From Camelus dromedarius (Eukaryota), in assembly GCF_036321535.1 (NCBI RefSeq), contig NC_087472.1, forward strand, positions 94,490,001-94,554,000: a DNA stretch of 64,000 nucleotides. The letters run 5' to 3'. Shown here in pieces: positions 1 to 12,482 of the stretch. Below the pieces are notes generated by a model that was given only the letters and a program-made list of their open reading frames with translations, was not told the DNA's origin and did not search any database. Positions within the stretch are counted from its first letter, which is position 1. Each line of letters starts with the position of its first letter. The position numbers and the translations under genes are program-made.

Positions 1-94
1 ATGAATATATAAGATCTACCTCAGCAGAAATATGAGAGGCCCTTACTTGTTAGTGTATAGTGGGGTATATGTTTGTATATATGTATGTATGTAT

Positions 95-1668
95 TTTTAT
101 TGAAATATAATTGACATGTAACATTTTGTAAGTTCAAGGTGTACAATGTGTTGATTTGGCACATTTGTATATTGCAATATGATTACCAATGTAGCATTAG
201 CTAGCACTTCCATCATGTCACATAATTACAGTTTCTTTTTTATGGTGAGAACAATGAAGATCTAGTCTCTTAGCAATTTTACAGTTTATAATACAGTATC
301 ATTGACTATAATCACTATGCTGTGTATTGGATCCTAAGCACCTATTTATCTACTAGTTTCTAGTTTGTACCCTTAAACAACATCTCCCCAATTTCCCACA
401 GGCCCAGTAACCACCATTCTACTCTGTTTTTATAAATTCATTTTTTAAAATTCCATATGATGTCATATAGTATTTGTCTTTGACATGTCACTTGCATAAT
501 ACCCTCAAGTTCCATCCATGTTGCCACAAATAGCAGGATTTCCTTCTTTTTTAAGCCTGAATAATATTCCACTGTATATGTCTTTGCTATCCTTTCATCC
601 ATTGAGGGATGCTTAGGTTTTTTCCATATCTTGGTTATTGTGAATATTGCTGCCATAAACATGGGCGTGCATACATTTCTTTGATATCCTGTTTTCATTT
701 CCTTTGCATATATATCCAGAAGTGGGATTGCTGAAGCTGTATATCAAATAAGGGGTTGATAGCCAAAATGTATAAAGAATTCACACAACTCAATCACAAA
801 ACCCCAAAAATCTGATTTAAAAATGCACAGAGGAAATGAATCAACATTTTTTCCGAAGAAGATATCCAAATGGCCAACAAGTACATGAAAAGATTCTCAA
901 CATCACTAATCATCAGGGAAATGAAAGCAAAACCACAATCAGCTGTCACCTCACACCTGTTACTATGGCTGTTATCAAGGAGACAAGGAATTAGACTCAG
1001 AGGTATTATGTTTAGTGAAATAAGCCAGACAAAGAAAGACAAATACTCTACGTTATCGCCTATATGTGGACTCTAAAAAAGAAAACAAACTAGTGAATAT
1101 AACAAAAAAGAAACAAACTCACAGATATAAACAACTAATGGTTACCAGTGAGAAGAGGAAAGGGAGAGAGGCAAAACAGGAGTATGGGATTAAGAGGTAC
1201 AAACTACCATGTATAAATAAGTTACAAGGGTATATTGTACAACATGGGGAATAGAGCCAATATTTTACAACAACTATAAATAGAGTATAACCTTTAAAAA
1301 TTATGAATCACTCTATTGTACACCTGTAACTTATATAAAATTGTACATCAACTTTACTTCAATAAAAGAATTTAAGAATAAGTAAATAAAATAAGCTATC
1401 AGGGTATATTGTACAGCACAGGGAACATAGCCAATATTTTATATTAACTGTAAATGGAATATAATCCTTAAAAATTGTGAATCAGTATGTTGTACACCTG
1501 AAACATAATATTGTAAATCAACTCTACCTCAATTAAAAAAAAAAAGACAAGATAACAAATGTTGGCAAGGATGTGGAGAAAAGGGAATCCTTGTGCACTG
1601 TTGGTGGGAATTTAAACTGGTTCAGCCACTTTGGAAAATAGTATGGAGGTTCCTCAAAAAATTAAAAG
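95..1668 (-). mobile_element. 5'-inverted L1 (3' part on minus at 95-733, inverted ORF2-end part on plus at 740-1668)
   Basis: The minus part runs from a T-tract to CCAGAAGTGGGATTGCTG. The plus part carries L1 ORF2 C-terminal peptides (MANKYMKRFSTSLIIREMK) and ends at GGAGGTTCCTCAAAAAATTAAAA, which in L1 lies just upstream of where the minus part begins. Confidence 0.8.
988..1544 (+). mobile_element. L1 3' end nested in the inverted L1, with a doubled 3' terminus
   Basis: AGACAAG direct repeat at 981-987 and 1545-1551; A-tail; two similar ~150 bp 3' terminal units (~1215-1370 and ~1388-1540). Confidence 0.75.
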
Positions 1669-1679
1669 TATTGTATAAT

Positions 1680-3730
1680 GTTTTTATTAACATTTGAGGG
1701 AATTTTCTGGCATTAAAAGCAAGAAAACTTCTCTGATATGTACACTTTATATATTCTGGATAGCACTATTTTGTTACACATACAACTTGCAGATAATTCT
1801 CCAGGTCTGCAGTTTACCGATTTTCTTAATTGTGTCTTTTGATGAGCAAAAGTTTTGATTTTGATGAAATCTAAAGTAAAAATTTTTTAATCTATTATGG
1901 TTTTTTCCCCTGTGTCTTAGCTAAGAAAACTTTGCTTATTCCTATAAGATATTCTCCTATGTTTTCTTTATAAAGTTTTATATGTTTAGCTTTTTCATAG
2001 TTAGGTCTATGATCTATCTTATATTAATTTTTGTGGACGTTGTGAAGTTTATTTCTTTTTCCATATTTAAGTTATTCCAGCATCGTTTGTTGGAAAGACT
2101 TTCTTTTTCCTATTGATGTATATGTGTATGTGTGTGTGCATGCATGCACACGTGTACATGTGAGTGCCTTGGTCAGATATCACTTATCTGTATAAGTGAA
2201 GGTCTATTTCTGTACTCTCTGTTCTATCACATTGAACTATTGTCTTTCATTATGCAGTGATTACCATAACTTTATACTGGGGCTTTAAGTCAAGTTATAT
2301 AAATTCTCCTATATAGTTATACTTTTTAAAGTTTATTTTCAGTCCTTTACATCTTCGTATATATTTTAGATTCAACACATTAATTTCTGTAAAAAATACC
2401 TTGCTTGGAAAATTATTCAGATTGAATTTAATCTGTATGTCAATTTGGAGAGAATTGACAACTTGACAATATTAAGTCCTCAAATCCCATAGGCATGGTA
2501 TCTCTTCATTTATTTAAGTCTTCATTAAGTTTTCTTTTCAATGTTTTGTTGTCTTTATGATTGAGATCATGAATGTCTTTTATGAAATTCATTTATCAGT
2601 ATTTTAAGTATTCCCATGTTATTGTAAATGTATTTTTTTTCACTTTTTAAATTGCTAGTGTATAAAAGTACAAATTATGTTTGTTTATTAATCCTCCATC
2701 CCATGGCCTCATTAAAATCACTTTTTATTTGCAGTTTTTTTTGGGGGGGGATTAGTTTTATTTATTTGTTAATTTTTTTTAACGGAGGTACTGGGAATTG
2801 AACCCAGGACCTCTTGCATGCTAAGCACACACGCTACCACTGAGCTATACCCTCCCCCCTTATTTGTAGTTTTTAAATGGATTCCTTAGGGTTTTCTACA
2901 TAAATAGTCATGTTATCTGAATAAATACAGTTTTTCTTCTTTTTGAGTCTTTATGCTTTCTGTTTCTTTGTTTTTCCTTCACTAACTAGTAACTGCAGTG
3001 TGAATTGAATGGAGAGCAGAACCTGCCTTCTTCTGAATCTTAGGGGAAAAGCATTCAGTATTTCCGAATTAAGTATAACGTTAGCTGTACGTTTTCAGTA
3101 GGTTTAGGGTTTTTGCTCTTGAGTTGTATTTCTCTGTTTCCACACTTAAATAGCAAAATTTTATTATACAGTGCACATTGTGGATGAGATGTAGAGATTC
3201 TGGATTCCATCTCTCTTATTATTGTTCTAACTGGAAGTTACTTTGAATCAATTGAATCCCAACTCTATACCTGCCCAGACCACACCTTAACCCCAGACTC
3301 CATGATGGGCAGCAGCTCCAACTGTTCAGTTCTTTCAGCCTTTCGGCTGTTGTTTGCTCTACCATGCATGCCACGTTCAGGGACTATCTAAGAATATAGG
3401 CCAAATTTATGTTTATCTGAGGACTGCTCCCTCCTGTGGCTCCCTCCTTCTGGACTTCCCCATCCCCTTTCCCCTGTTTGGTACACGCCAGACTCTTCTG
3501 ACTCCTCAGGTCAGTAACACTCCTTTTGTTCTAGCAGCCTCCCTCCCCATAGCTGGGTAGTACTCTCAGGCAAGAAGCCTTAAACTCAGTAATTTTACTC
3601 AAAGCTCTTCCCTTTCCTCCAGTTTTTGTTTCATTTTGGCCATTCTTGAGTGCCTTCAAGTAGTTTTTACCCCAGTTTATAATGGTTTTCTGCAAGAAGG
3701 TGATTCTGAAAGAAGCTACTCAACCATGAC
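1680..3730 (-). mobile_element. Old degenerate L1 (L1M-type) ORF2/5' fragments
   Basis: T-rich antisense L1 motifs such as TTCCAGCATCGTTTGTTGGAAAGACT and CTTAGGGGAAAAGCATTCAGT. Confidence 0.65.
2740..2858 (-). mobile_element. tRNA-derived SINE (camelid Vic-1 type)
   Basis: The reverse complement reads GGGGGAGGGTATAGCTCAGTGGTAGCG...GGTCCTGGGTTCAATTCCCAGTACCTCC (A and B boxes). TSD TTATTTG(C/T)AGTTTTT on both sides. Confidence 0.9.
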
Positions 3731-4091
3731 CCAAAGTGAAACAATTGTGACTAATATTTCTTTCTGTGTAGTTAAATCTGTCTTTAAATCTAGTTGAATG
3801 TATTGATTATTCATTTATTATATAATACTTTCTTTGATTTTGTCTATTCAAGTTCTCTGCATTTTCCATTATATTATCTTGAATTCTCTGTATGTATTAT
3901 CTGAACAACTAGCTCAAAACTTATTTGAAACAAGAAACAAATATTATATGTATTAATGTCATTTATGCCATGCTTAGCTGATCACTTTACATATTATATA
4001 AAGGTTCATCAAATAGACCTTCATTGGTTTGCTTCTAGAATTTGAATGCTAAGCAGCTGATTTATTTATTTATTTATTTTTTACCTATCAG

Positions 4092-4145
4092 AACCATATT
4101 TTATAAGAGAACGGTGCTCCAGGAGAAAGAGAGACATGTCTTAAT
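4092..4145 (+). other. Candidate 54-nt symmetric internal exon (TIFYKRTVLQEKERHVL), host gene not recognised
   Basis: CTGAT branch-like motif, T-rich tract, CAG acceptor at 4089-4091, AAT|GTAAGT donor; one of three frames is open; non-repeat context. Confidence 0.3.
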
Positions 4146-5055
4146 GTAAGTTCATTATTTATTTATTCTTTATTATATGAACTTTACTATGGAATTCATA
4201 GAATAATGTTATGAGTTTTGAAATTAATAATAAAGGTAATCTGTCTCAGCCATCTCAGACTTTTTAAATTCAATCACCTTTAGAGAAACTATTTCATCCG
4301 AAGGTAAATCATTATCAAAATGTTCTCTCTACATGGGCATTATAATGCAAATACTGAAATTCAAATTATCAGTTGCCTTCTTGTGGTTTAATAATCATAA
4401 CATTTTTATTTCTAGGTCAAATGCCATTGACTTCAACTCATGAGATTATGAAACGAATTAATTTAGAGTGTGTGCCAGAATGAAAGGGAGGGTAGTAATG
4501 GATCAGGCTAAGTGAAGCTATAAAAATAAAATCATGCCAGAGTGAAGAAGAGTTAAAATATGCTGAATTCCTTTCCATTTTGGGTTTAATATTAGTTCAG
4601 CTCATTAGGTAGAGAATGGATTAGGCTAATCCCAACTGTAATTATACATTCTATCAGGCATATAAAGGTAAACGAGAGAGCGTGTCTGCACTGCCATAAA
4701 ATTCAAATTTGAGATCATCAGCACAACAGAATTAAGCTATCACTGAATGACATTCATTATGCAGCAGAAGCCTAAAGCAGATGGAACTAACTCATTGTTG
4801 GCTGTATACTAGATGTCAGGAAACAAATATATTTAGCTAACTTCTCAGATTGTAGCAAAGTACTTCTATGGTAGCTGTACTGACAGTCTTTTAGATAATG
4901 CACATCAGAACTTGAAACCAGTATTTTCTACCCCTGGAGGAAAGCAAGTAGAAATCAAAATGATTATGTTATAATACTCTGTTCTTTAACAGTGTACATT
5001 TGGGACTAAGCCTTAGATATCTATTCGTGATATGGTGACTTCAGAACATGTTCTT

Positions 5056-5763
5056 TTTTTTATTGAAGTATAGTTGATTTACAGTGTTGTATTAATTTCT
5101 GGTGTGCAACATGGTGATTCATCTATACATATACATATTCCTGTTCATGTTCTTTTTCAATATAGGCCATTACAAGGTATTGAGTATAGTTTCCTGTGCT
5201 ATACAGTAGGACCTTGTTGTTTATCTATTTTATATATAGTAGTTAGTATCTGCTAACTATGATATATCTGCCAAATGATGCAACCATCATCATAAACCAG
5301 TTATAGAACATTCTAATCCTTCCAATAAGATCCCTCATGCCCATTTACAGTTAATCTTCATTATCACCCCCTAGCTCTGGGCAAATCCTGAACTCTCAAT
5401 TTATCCCTCCCTATCACTTTTCTCTCCTAGTAACCATAAGTTTGTTTACTATCTCTGTGAGTCCATTTCTGTTTTATAAATTAGTTCAATTGTGACTTTT
5501 TTTTTTTTTAAATTCCACATATAAGTGATATTCTATGATATTTTTCTTTATCTTTCTGGCTTACCTCACTTAGTATGATGATCTCCAGGTCCATCCATGT
5601 TGCTACCGATGGCATTATTTTATTCTTTTTATGGCTGAGTAGTATTCTATTGTATAAATATACCACAGCTTCTTTATCGAGTCCTCTGTCGATGGTCATT
5701 TAGGTTGCTTCCATGTCTTGGCTATTATAAACAGTGCTGCTATGAACATTGGGGTGCATGTAT
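5056..5763 (-). mobile_element. 5'-truncated young L1 3' end
   Basis: T-tract then ATTGAAGTATAGTTGATTTACA; 17-bp TSD CTTCAGAA(C/T)ATGTTCTT at 5039-5055 and 5764-5780. Confidence 0.9.
5271..5384 (+). repeat. 114-bp copy of 6704-6817 inserted inside the L1
   Basis: Direct read-by-eye alignment gives 110/114 identity and no gaps. Confidence 0.95.
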
Positions 5764-6654
5764 CTTCAGAATATGTTCTTATTTCTCAAGTTACTCATCA
5801 TTAAAAGAAATAAATTTCAAGTTTTAAGTTTAATTTACAAGTTAAATTATGTATTGCAAAGTTCAAAAATAGTTTACTTATTTGGGTCTTCTCCACATTT
5901 GATTTTTCCAACACATCTCATATTCTGTTTCTCAATCACTGTAGCAGTTGAGTCAAATATTTTTCTGGTACTGTTATAATTCCCCTACTTACTTTAGGTG
6001 ACGACTTTCCTTCCATTCCAAACACCCACAAATATTATCATATTTCAAGTCCTACCTCAAACTGTTGCGACTCAAGATTTCAGGCCAGTGTAAATGAGAA
6101 AAAAAAATTTTGGTTGAGAGCATCATGCATATAGTTGATGAGTGAGCAGAGCTGTATATGTATGACAGAGTTAATGTATGTACTTAGGTACATATGTGTG
6201 TATATAGGTACAGGTGTATTAGAGGGCTTAGTTCAAATACAGTGTTGCTCTAATTTAATCTTAGCTGGTACACTTAATAATTAAAAAAACATTAAAAAGC
6301 ATAACCACTATCTTGATGTCAATCATATACTGTTTTGTATTATGGTTAAGTGAGGACATGGCATGGCTTCTCTCCAAGACAGTCGTAATGGCTAATTCCT
6401 TAATTTTCCCACAGCTATGGTTTATAAGAAACATTTGTGAGGAGTAATTAAATAGAGACAGAGTCAGCTTTGAAGAGGGAACATTTGTTTTCATTAGATC
6501 TTGACATTTAGTGGCAAAGCTGGTATGCACATTTGAACAGTGGAATTGTTTTTAAAAATACCAGTAGCCAAGGTTGATTGACCTTTTTACTCTGTGCCTG
6601 ATGCTGTGCAAAATGCTTTGCATGCATTGCATTACCCCCTTTATTTTTCCCCTA

Positions 6655-7185
6655 ACTTTAATTTTTCGTATTTGTAACTATTCAGTGGTTTTTAGGAACT
6701 TTACCAAATGATGCAACCATCATCATAAACCGGTTTTAGAACATTCTAATCCTTCCAATAAGATCCCTCATGCCCATTTACAGTTAATCTTCATTATCAC
6801 CCCCTATGTCTGGGCAACCACTAATCTACTTTCTGCTTCTATAAATTTGCCTTTTCTGGACATCATATAAATGGAATCCTACAATATTTAATCTCTTGTG
6901 TTTGGATTTTTCCACCTAGCATGTTTTTGAGTTTCATCCATGTTGCTGCATGTATCAATACTTCATCCCTTTTTATTGCTGAATGGCATTCTGTCATATT
7001 GATATGCCACTTTTTGTTTCCATCCATCAGTTGATGGACATTTAAGTTGTTCCCTCTAATTTAGGCCATTGTTTCGGGCCATTGTGAATAAAGCCGCCAT
7101 GAATATTATTGTACAAATCTTTGAGTGAACATATGCTTTCATTTACTTTGGATAGATACCTAGGGATAGAATTGCTGTGTGGTAT
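6655..7185 (-). mobile_element. Old L1 3' end (L1MB/MC/ME-type)
   Basis: GGCAACCACTAATCTACTTTCTG, CATATAAATGGAATC, CATCAGTTGATGGACATTT and ATACCTAGG motifs. Confidence 0.8.
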
Positions 7186-8549
7186 TGTAACAGAAGTATT
7201 CTTAAGGATAGATTTTGTTTTCAAATGCAGGACAGATGCTGATTCTACTTAAATAATCCAAATTCATCTTGATATAGTGTCCAGGAATAGAGCTCCTATC
7301 TAAAAATTCAGATACCTGGAAATCTTTAAATTCATTTGTACAGGCACACAAACACACACACACATACATATCTTATTTAATGGATATTTAATTGTTATAT
7401 GTCTTTTTTTTTTTTTTTTTTTGCTGAAGGAAAGAAACGTGGTACTATGAGAGGGAAAGGTTCTGGACTTGAGTGCAGGAAATGATCTGTGATGACTTCA
7501 CTGGGGAAATAAATGTCTAAGTCAATATCACAGGATGAATATGAGTGAGCTAGACGAAGAGACACTTAGAAGAGCATTTCAGTTAGAGGGAATAGTATGT
7601 GAAAAATCATTGGGGCAGGAGGGAGGTTGAAGATTTTTGAGGAATGGGAAGAAAGACAATATGGCTGGCATTTTTGTCAATGAGAAGACAAATTGAGTCT
7701 TGGTCTCAAGGGTTTGCTGTTATTCCCAAAATCAGTGAAACTCACTGATGGGATATACAGGTAGGTGACAAAATCAGATAATCTTGTCTGCATTGGAAAA
7801 CAGTGGTAAATCAGGATTCATAGTGCATGCTGGGAGACCACTTATAATCTAGCTGGGTATTCTTCTCTCACTTGAATGGGCTTTTTTTTTTTTTTTTTTT
7901 TTTTGAGGGGGAAGGAAGGTATGATACCTATCATGTTGATGTACTGAACAGGAAAATACACTAGTCATTGCTGGTTTGTTAAGTCATGTGCCCTGTGCCC
8001 AAGGCAGGTGATATTAGACATACAGTGAGTGATCCCAAAATATATGATAATGGATCTGTTGGCAAAAACAATTATGCAAATATAAAATCAAAGCATAAAG
8101 ACATATATATAAACTTTACTTGTAATTCATAAAACAATAAGCTTCATATCAAAGAGAACAACTAAATATGAACTCGTGATTATGTACAATATTGTCCATT
8201 GGATAACTGCAATTTGTAAATGCCCAATATTTGTATCACTAGTGGTGATAATAATAACATTATTAGCTACCAATTATTTAATGCCAGCTCTGCCAGCTAC
8301 TCCAAAAACTTTATATAGCTAATCCTCAAAATAACATTATTGAGTAGTTATTTTAAACCCCTTTTTTAAGATTATAAGTGGTTTTTTTTTTTTTTTTTTT
8401 TTATGACTGGTCCTAATGTTCAAATAAGTTCAGTATCAAGGGTAAGATTTTTTGGACACATCTACTAAAAGAATAAGACATTTGAATGATAATCTTAGAT
8501 GCTTTAGGTAAGATTCTCCATCCCTTTTAGCAGAGAAGAAGTTCACCTG

Positions 8550-8650
8550 AATGTTTTATTTTATTCATTTGTTTTTTTAATGGAGGTACTGGAGACTGAA
8601 CCTGGGACCCCCTGCGTGCTAAGCACACGCTCTACCACTAAGCTGTTGCT
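8550..8650 (-). mobile_element. tRNA-derived SINE fragment within MIR-like sequence
   Basis: TTTTAATGGAGGTACTGGAGACTGAACCTGGGACC...GCTAAGCACACGCTCTACCACTAAGCT. Confidence 0.8.
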
Positions 8651-9984
8651 GCTCCTAGATGAGAAAACTAAGGTTCAGGAAGATGAAATGTCTTGCCCCA
8701 AATCTCACAGGTAATAAATAATGGAACAGGTTTCCCAGTAATGTTCCATGTGTAACCCCAGGAAATATGCTTACTGGATCTACTGTTTTGCATCCGTCCA
8801 AGTGCTTTGTAAAATGAAAGTTATATATTTCAAAACCAGTTCTCTAGCAAATGAAATATAAGTCATAGAGAGGTTTTAAAGTGGCATTTCAAAGGCCTAC
8901 CTTTCATCCCATTTCTCTCTGCCAGGCTCTCTACCTTGGATGAAGTAATTCATACTCAGAAAAATATAGTAAGCTACCCTGTCATTAATAAGTAAATGGA
9001 CCTCTGGAAGCGAGCAATTTTTATTTTCCTTCCTGCCTATCAGTTTGACAAGGCCAACTATTCAATGGGCCATTTGTTATAGGTCTAAAATTTATCTTAA
9101 GGATATAAATTGGGAAAAGATAAATAGAATGAAAGGCAAATGACTTCCAAATGAAAAAAGATGGAAGTACTCAAGGCAAAGAAATGGACCATTTTGGATC
9201 CTATAATTAACAGGAAATAATTGAATATTTCATAGTCATCTTGAACATTCTGTTTTCTATATTAAAGTTAAGATTGTACTTATAATCACATAAAATCTCC
9301 CTCCCATTTCTCTAGTTGCTAATATTATTTCTAAAGTAGAATATTTCTTGCTGGCACTATATATTGAAAGAATACACACAGATTTTTCTCAAATTTAGCA
9401 ATGGATTTTAGAAGCAGCAAATGCTAAAACTTACAGACTTGTCATCTACTGATATTCATGGTCATAAACTAGGCAATATTTCCAAAGAGAAAAAGATTAC
9501 TTTTGTAGCTCTTACTTCCTTTTTTTTTTTTCATTATTAGAAATCCAAATAGAGCTTAAAATAAAACCTAACTTTAAAATTCTGTTAGATTTTTGCCAGT
9601 GGGCTTTTATGCAAATGGCCAATTGTAGGCATAATAGCTAAACAAGAGTGAGAAATGCTAACAGAGTTCACTTGAGCCATGTCAATGAATGTTCCTTTTG
9701 ACAATAAATAATGACAGATGGCTACCTTTTTAGTGACAGTTTCTAACTATAATGGTTTGACACTTAAAAAGAGCACTTCCCTAATGACACAAGAATGCCC
9801 TTGTCTGAAAATGATTTGAACATCATCCTTTTTATAATACGACTATTAATGGATGCTAAATGAATTATTTTCAAAACAAGTATTTCAGTTGAACCTGACA
9901 GATTGCCTCATAGGCAATCTATAAGAATTGTTGCAGTAAATGTGTGTTCTGCCTTGCAAAGATGTCAGTGCCTGTGGACCATTT

Positions 9985-10240
9985 TTCTTTTTTCTTCTAG
10001 TTTTAGCGAGATATAATGTACAAACAGCACTGTTGAAGGTGTACAGCATAATGGTTTGACTTACCCACATCATGAAATGATGGCCACAATAAGCTTAGTG
10101 AACATTCATCATCTCATATAGATACAAAATGAAAGCAATAGAAAAAAAATATTTTTCCTTGTGAAGAGAACTCCTAGGATTTAGTCTCTTCACAACTTTC
10201 ACGTATAATATACAGCTGTGTTTAATAACATTCTTCAATT
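9985..10240 (-). mobile_element. L1 3' end fragment
   Basis: T-rich start, GAGATATAAT..AAGGTGTACAGCATAATGGTTTGACTTAC; similar to the L1 3' ends at 95 and 40400-40670. Confidence 0.7.
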
Positions 10241-11455
10241 GTAAATTGTGAAAATGTCTGAATAAAAGATGCCATTGAGTGTTAGAAAAAAGAAGTGCTT
10301 AAGAGTGATTCAGATCACCTATTTTAACCTTTTCTGTCCAATATATTTGTTCATTTGGAACCATCCCTGGGGTTCTGGCATGAATTTGTTTCAAAAGAAA
10401 CTAACTCCTCTGAACTGTATATACTGGAAGAAATGAAGTGGAACATTTAAATGAGGACATTTCCAGGCAATGAATTATCTTCACAATATGGAGGTAATAG
10501 GTTCCTAGTGCTCTAAAGAGGAGGGTCCTGAAAGAGTTATTGCCATGTTGGGAAAAATCATGGTTAAAGTTATCAAACACCAACTTACTTTGTAAGAAAA
10601 TGAGCTTCAAACTTAGCTTCATGAGTTAAAAGAAGTGAACAGAGAACCTACTGATTTTTTTCATGAATAATTAAGCAGCAATCATTTATAGTTACTGTCC
10701 TGGAATTTACTACAACAATAGCAGAAGGAAAGCTACCTTGTATGTCTTTACAAGTTTTAAAAATAGAATTTTAAACTGTAAATAGCATGGCACTGAAACA
10801 TTTTAACCAGTTTGAATTCAACCCCATAATAAAAACTAAACTAGACTAATTAATGATAGCTATCAACCATTCTAAATTCAGAATTAAACTTAGCGAGTAA
10901 TTATTCTGAAACATGCACAAAATATATTTTAAAGACTGACCATAATCAATCACCAAGTGTCTATTTGCCTGTAAGGATGAAGTACATTCTAACATTCAAC
11001 CATCTGTCAGTCAACATTATTTATTGAATACCTGCTGTGTATGGAATAGTTAACCTAAAAACAAATCAATCACAAAAAAGTCAAGATTTTAATACTGAAT
11101 ACAAGCAAATGAAAGCACTGTCAGTTTCTGGTCAGTTTAATAAGAAGTTGCTTCACCATTTGCATTTATATGTATACTTACTCCTTCCATAGTTATTTGC
11201 TTAGACTATGAATACAGGCCTTTTATTAGAAAGTCAAAATATATGGTATGCAAGTATCATCAGCAACTGCCTTATAGCTAGGAGTATCCCGCTATCTCTC
11301 CACAACATTTAGTAGGAGGATTTTCCTGTATCACCTAATGTGTCATTAATTAAAGGATTAACATTGGCCTACCACCCAATTATCCTTAGGTAAGATGCAA
11401 TGTGGTAACTTCTCTGCATCATCATAATGTTATTACCGATATTCTGAGTGAGCAT

Positions 11456-11758
11456 TGTTGAGGAGGAAAAAATTTCCCTCTACCCTTCTAGGTTCTTCTG
11501 GCTGATCTAAGAATTAAATTAACATGAAACAGGAGAAATGGAAGTTTAATAAACATGTATACATGGGAGAGACCCAGGAGAACTGAGTAAGTTGGCAACA
11601 CCATCTCAGGCCAAAGACAAAAGAGGATGTTGGGGGTAGTGATTTGGGACTTAAAAGAGGAGGAAGGCAGTTCACAGGGAGCTGGAAAAGCAAACGCTTG
11701 ATAAACACATGTTTGCTCGGCCAGGCAGAGACAATGGGACACGGAGTGGACTCTATTA
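11456..11758 (-). mobile_element. Partial ERV LTR, same family as 14750-15302 and 50362-50991
   Basis: Begins TGTTGAGGAGGAAAAAATTTCCCTCTACCCTTCTAGGTTCTTCTGG and aligns by eye with the other two copies. Confidence 0.85.
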
Positions 11759-11843
11759 AATTCCATGTCCATAATGGGCATTTAATGTATTTTAGCTCTT
11801 TTATTTATTTTGCTACTATCTCCAGTTTAAAATGCAACTAGAA

Positions 11844-11963
11844 GGGGAGTGTATAGCTCAGTGGTAAAGTGTATGCCTAGCATGCATGAGGTCCTGGGTT
11901 CAATTCTCAGGACCGCCATTAAAACAAATAAATAATAAATCTAATTACCGCCCCCCAAAAAAA
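11844..11963 (+). mobile_element. tRNA-derived SINE (Vic-1 type)
   Basis: GGGGAGTGTATAGCTCAGTGGTAAAG...GGTCCTGGGTTCAATTCTCAG, AAATAAAT tail, CTAATTACC-C-run-A-run. Confidence 0.9.
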
Positions 11964-12079
11964 CACAACTCGAAGGACAACCAATCACAAAAAGCCAGCA
12001 AGGCTTTAAACTACAGCCAATCAAATAATTCCCTTTAAAATGCAACTAGAAACCTATATTAGGGTATTATAATGTGGGC

Positions 12080-12347
12080 TGTTAGAATAAAAGTGTCCCA
12101 CCCCGGCAATGAGGATACTTAGAGGCTAGACTTTGCAAAGTGGGTGGTTCACTAGTTTAAGCTGGGAAGAAAGGAAGAAGAGAGAAGGAAACAACGAAGG
12201 ATCAGCAACTGTTTGAATCTGCCGTTTGGAACTCAGGGAAGGTCAGGGAGGCTGAATGAAGCCTAGCCTATTTCCCACAAACAAGAAATGGGGGACATGG
12301 AAGAGACTTGCACCCGGGAGGGCCCCACGGGGTCCTGCTCTGTTTCA
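12080..12347 (-). mobile_element. ERV LTR fragment
   Basis: Ends GGTCCTGCTCTGTTTCA (TG start on minus) with LTR-like composition; left boundary uncertain. Confidence 0.6.
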
Positions 12348-12482
12348 CTGTTCCCTCCCTCATCTGAGTTACTCCGGTTAATCCAAGATTCAGCTCAGGT
12401 GTCTCCTTTCCTAAAGCATTTCCTAATCTCTCATTTAGGGAGAAGAAATAACAAATGTACCGCATTTAGGCATTTGAAAGTC

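Noticed and set aside
7400..8405. Three long poly(T) runs within 1 kb
   Set aside because: Simple mononucleotide repeats with no attached element or structure I can support.
11844..11920. tRNA genes (also at 2790, 13754, 18710, 39699)
   Set aside because: The tRNA-like heads are followed by a shared AT-rich SINE tail and are mutually diverged; they are SINEs.
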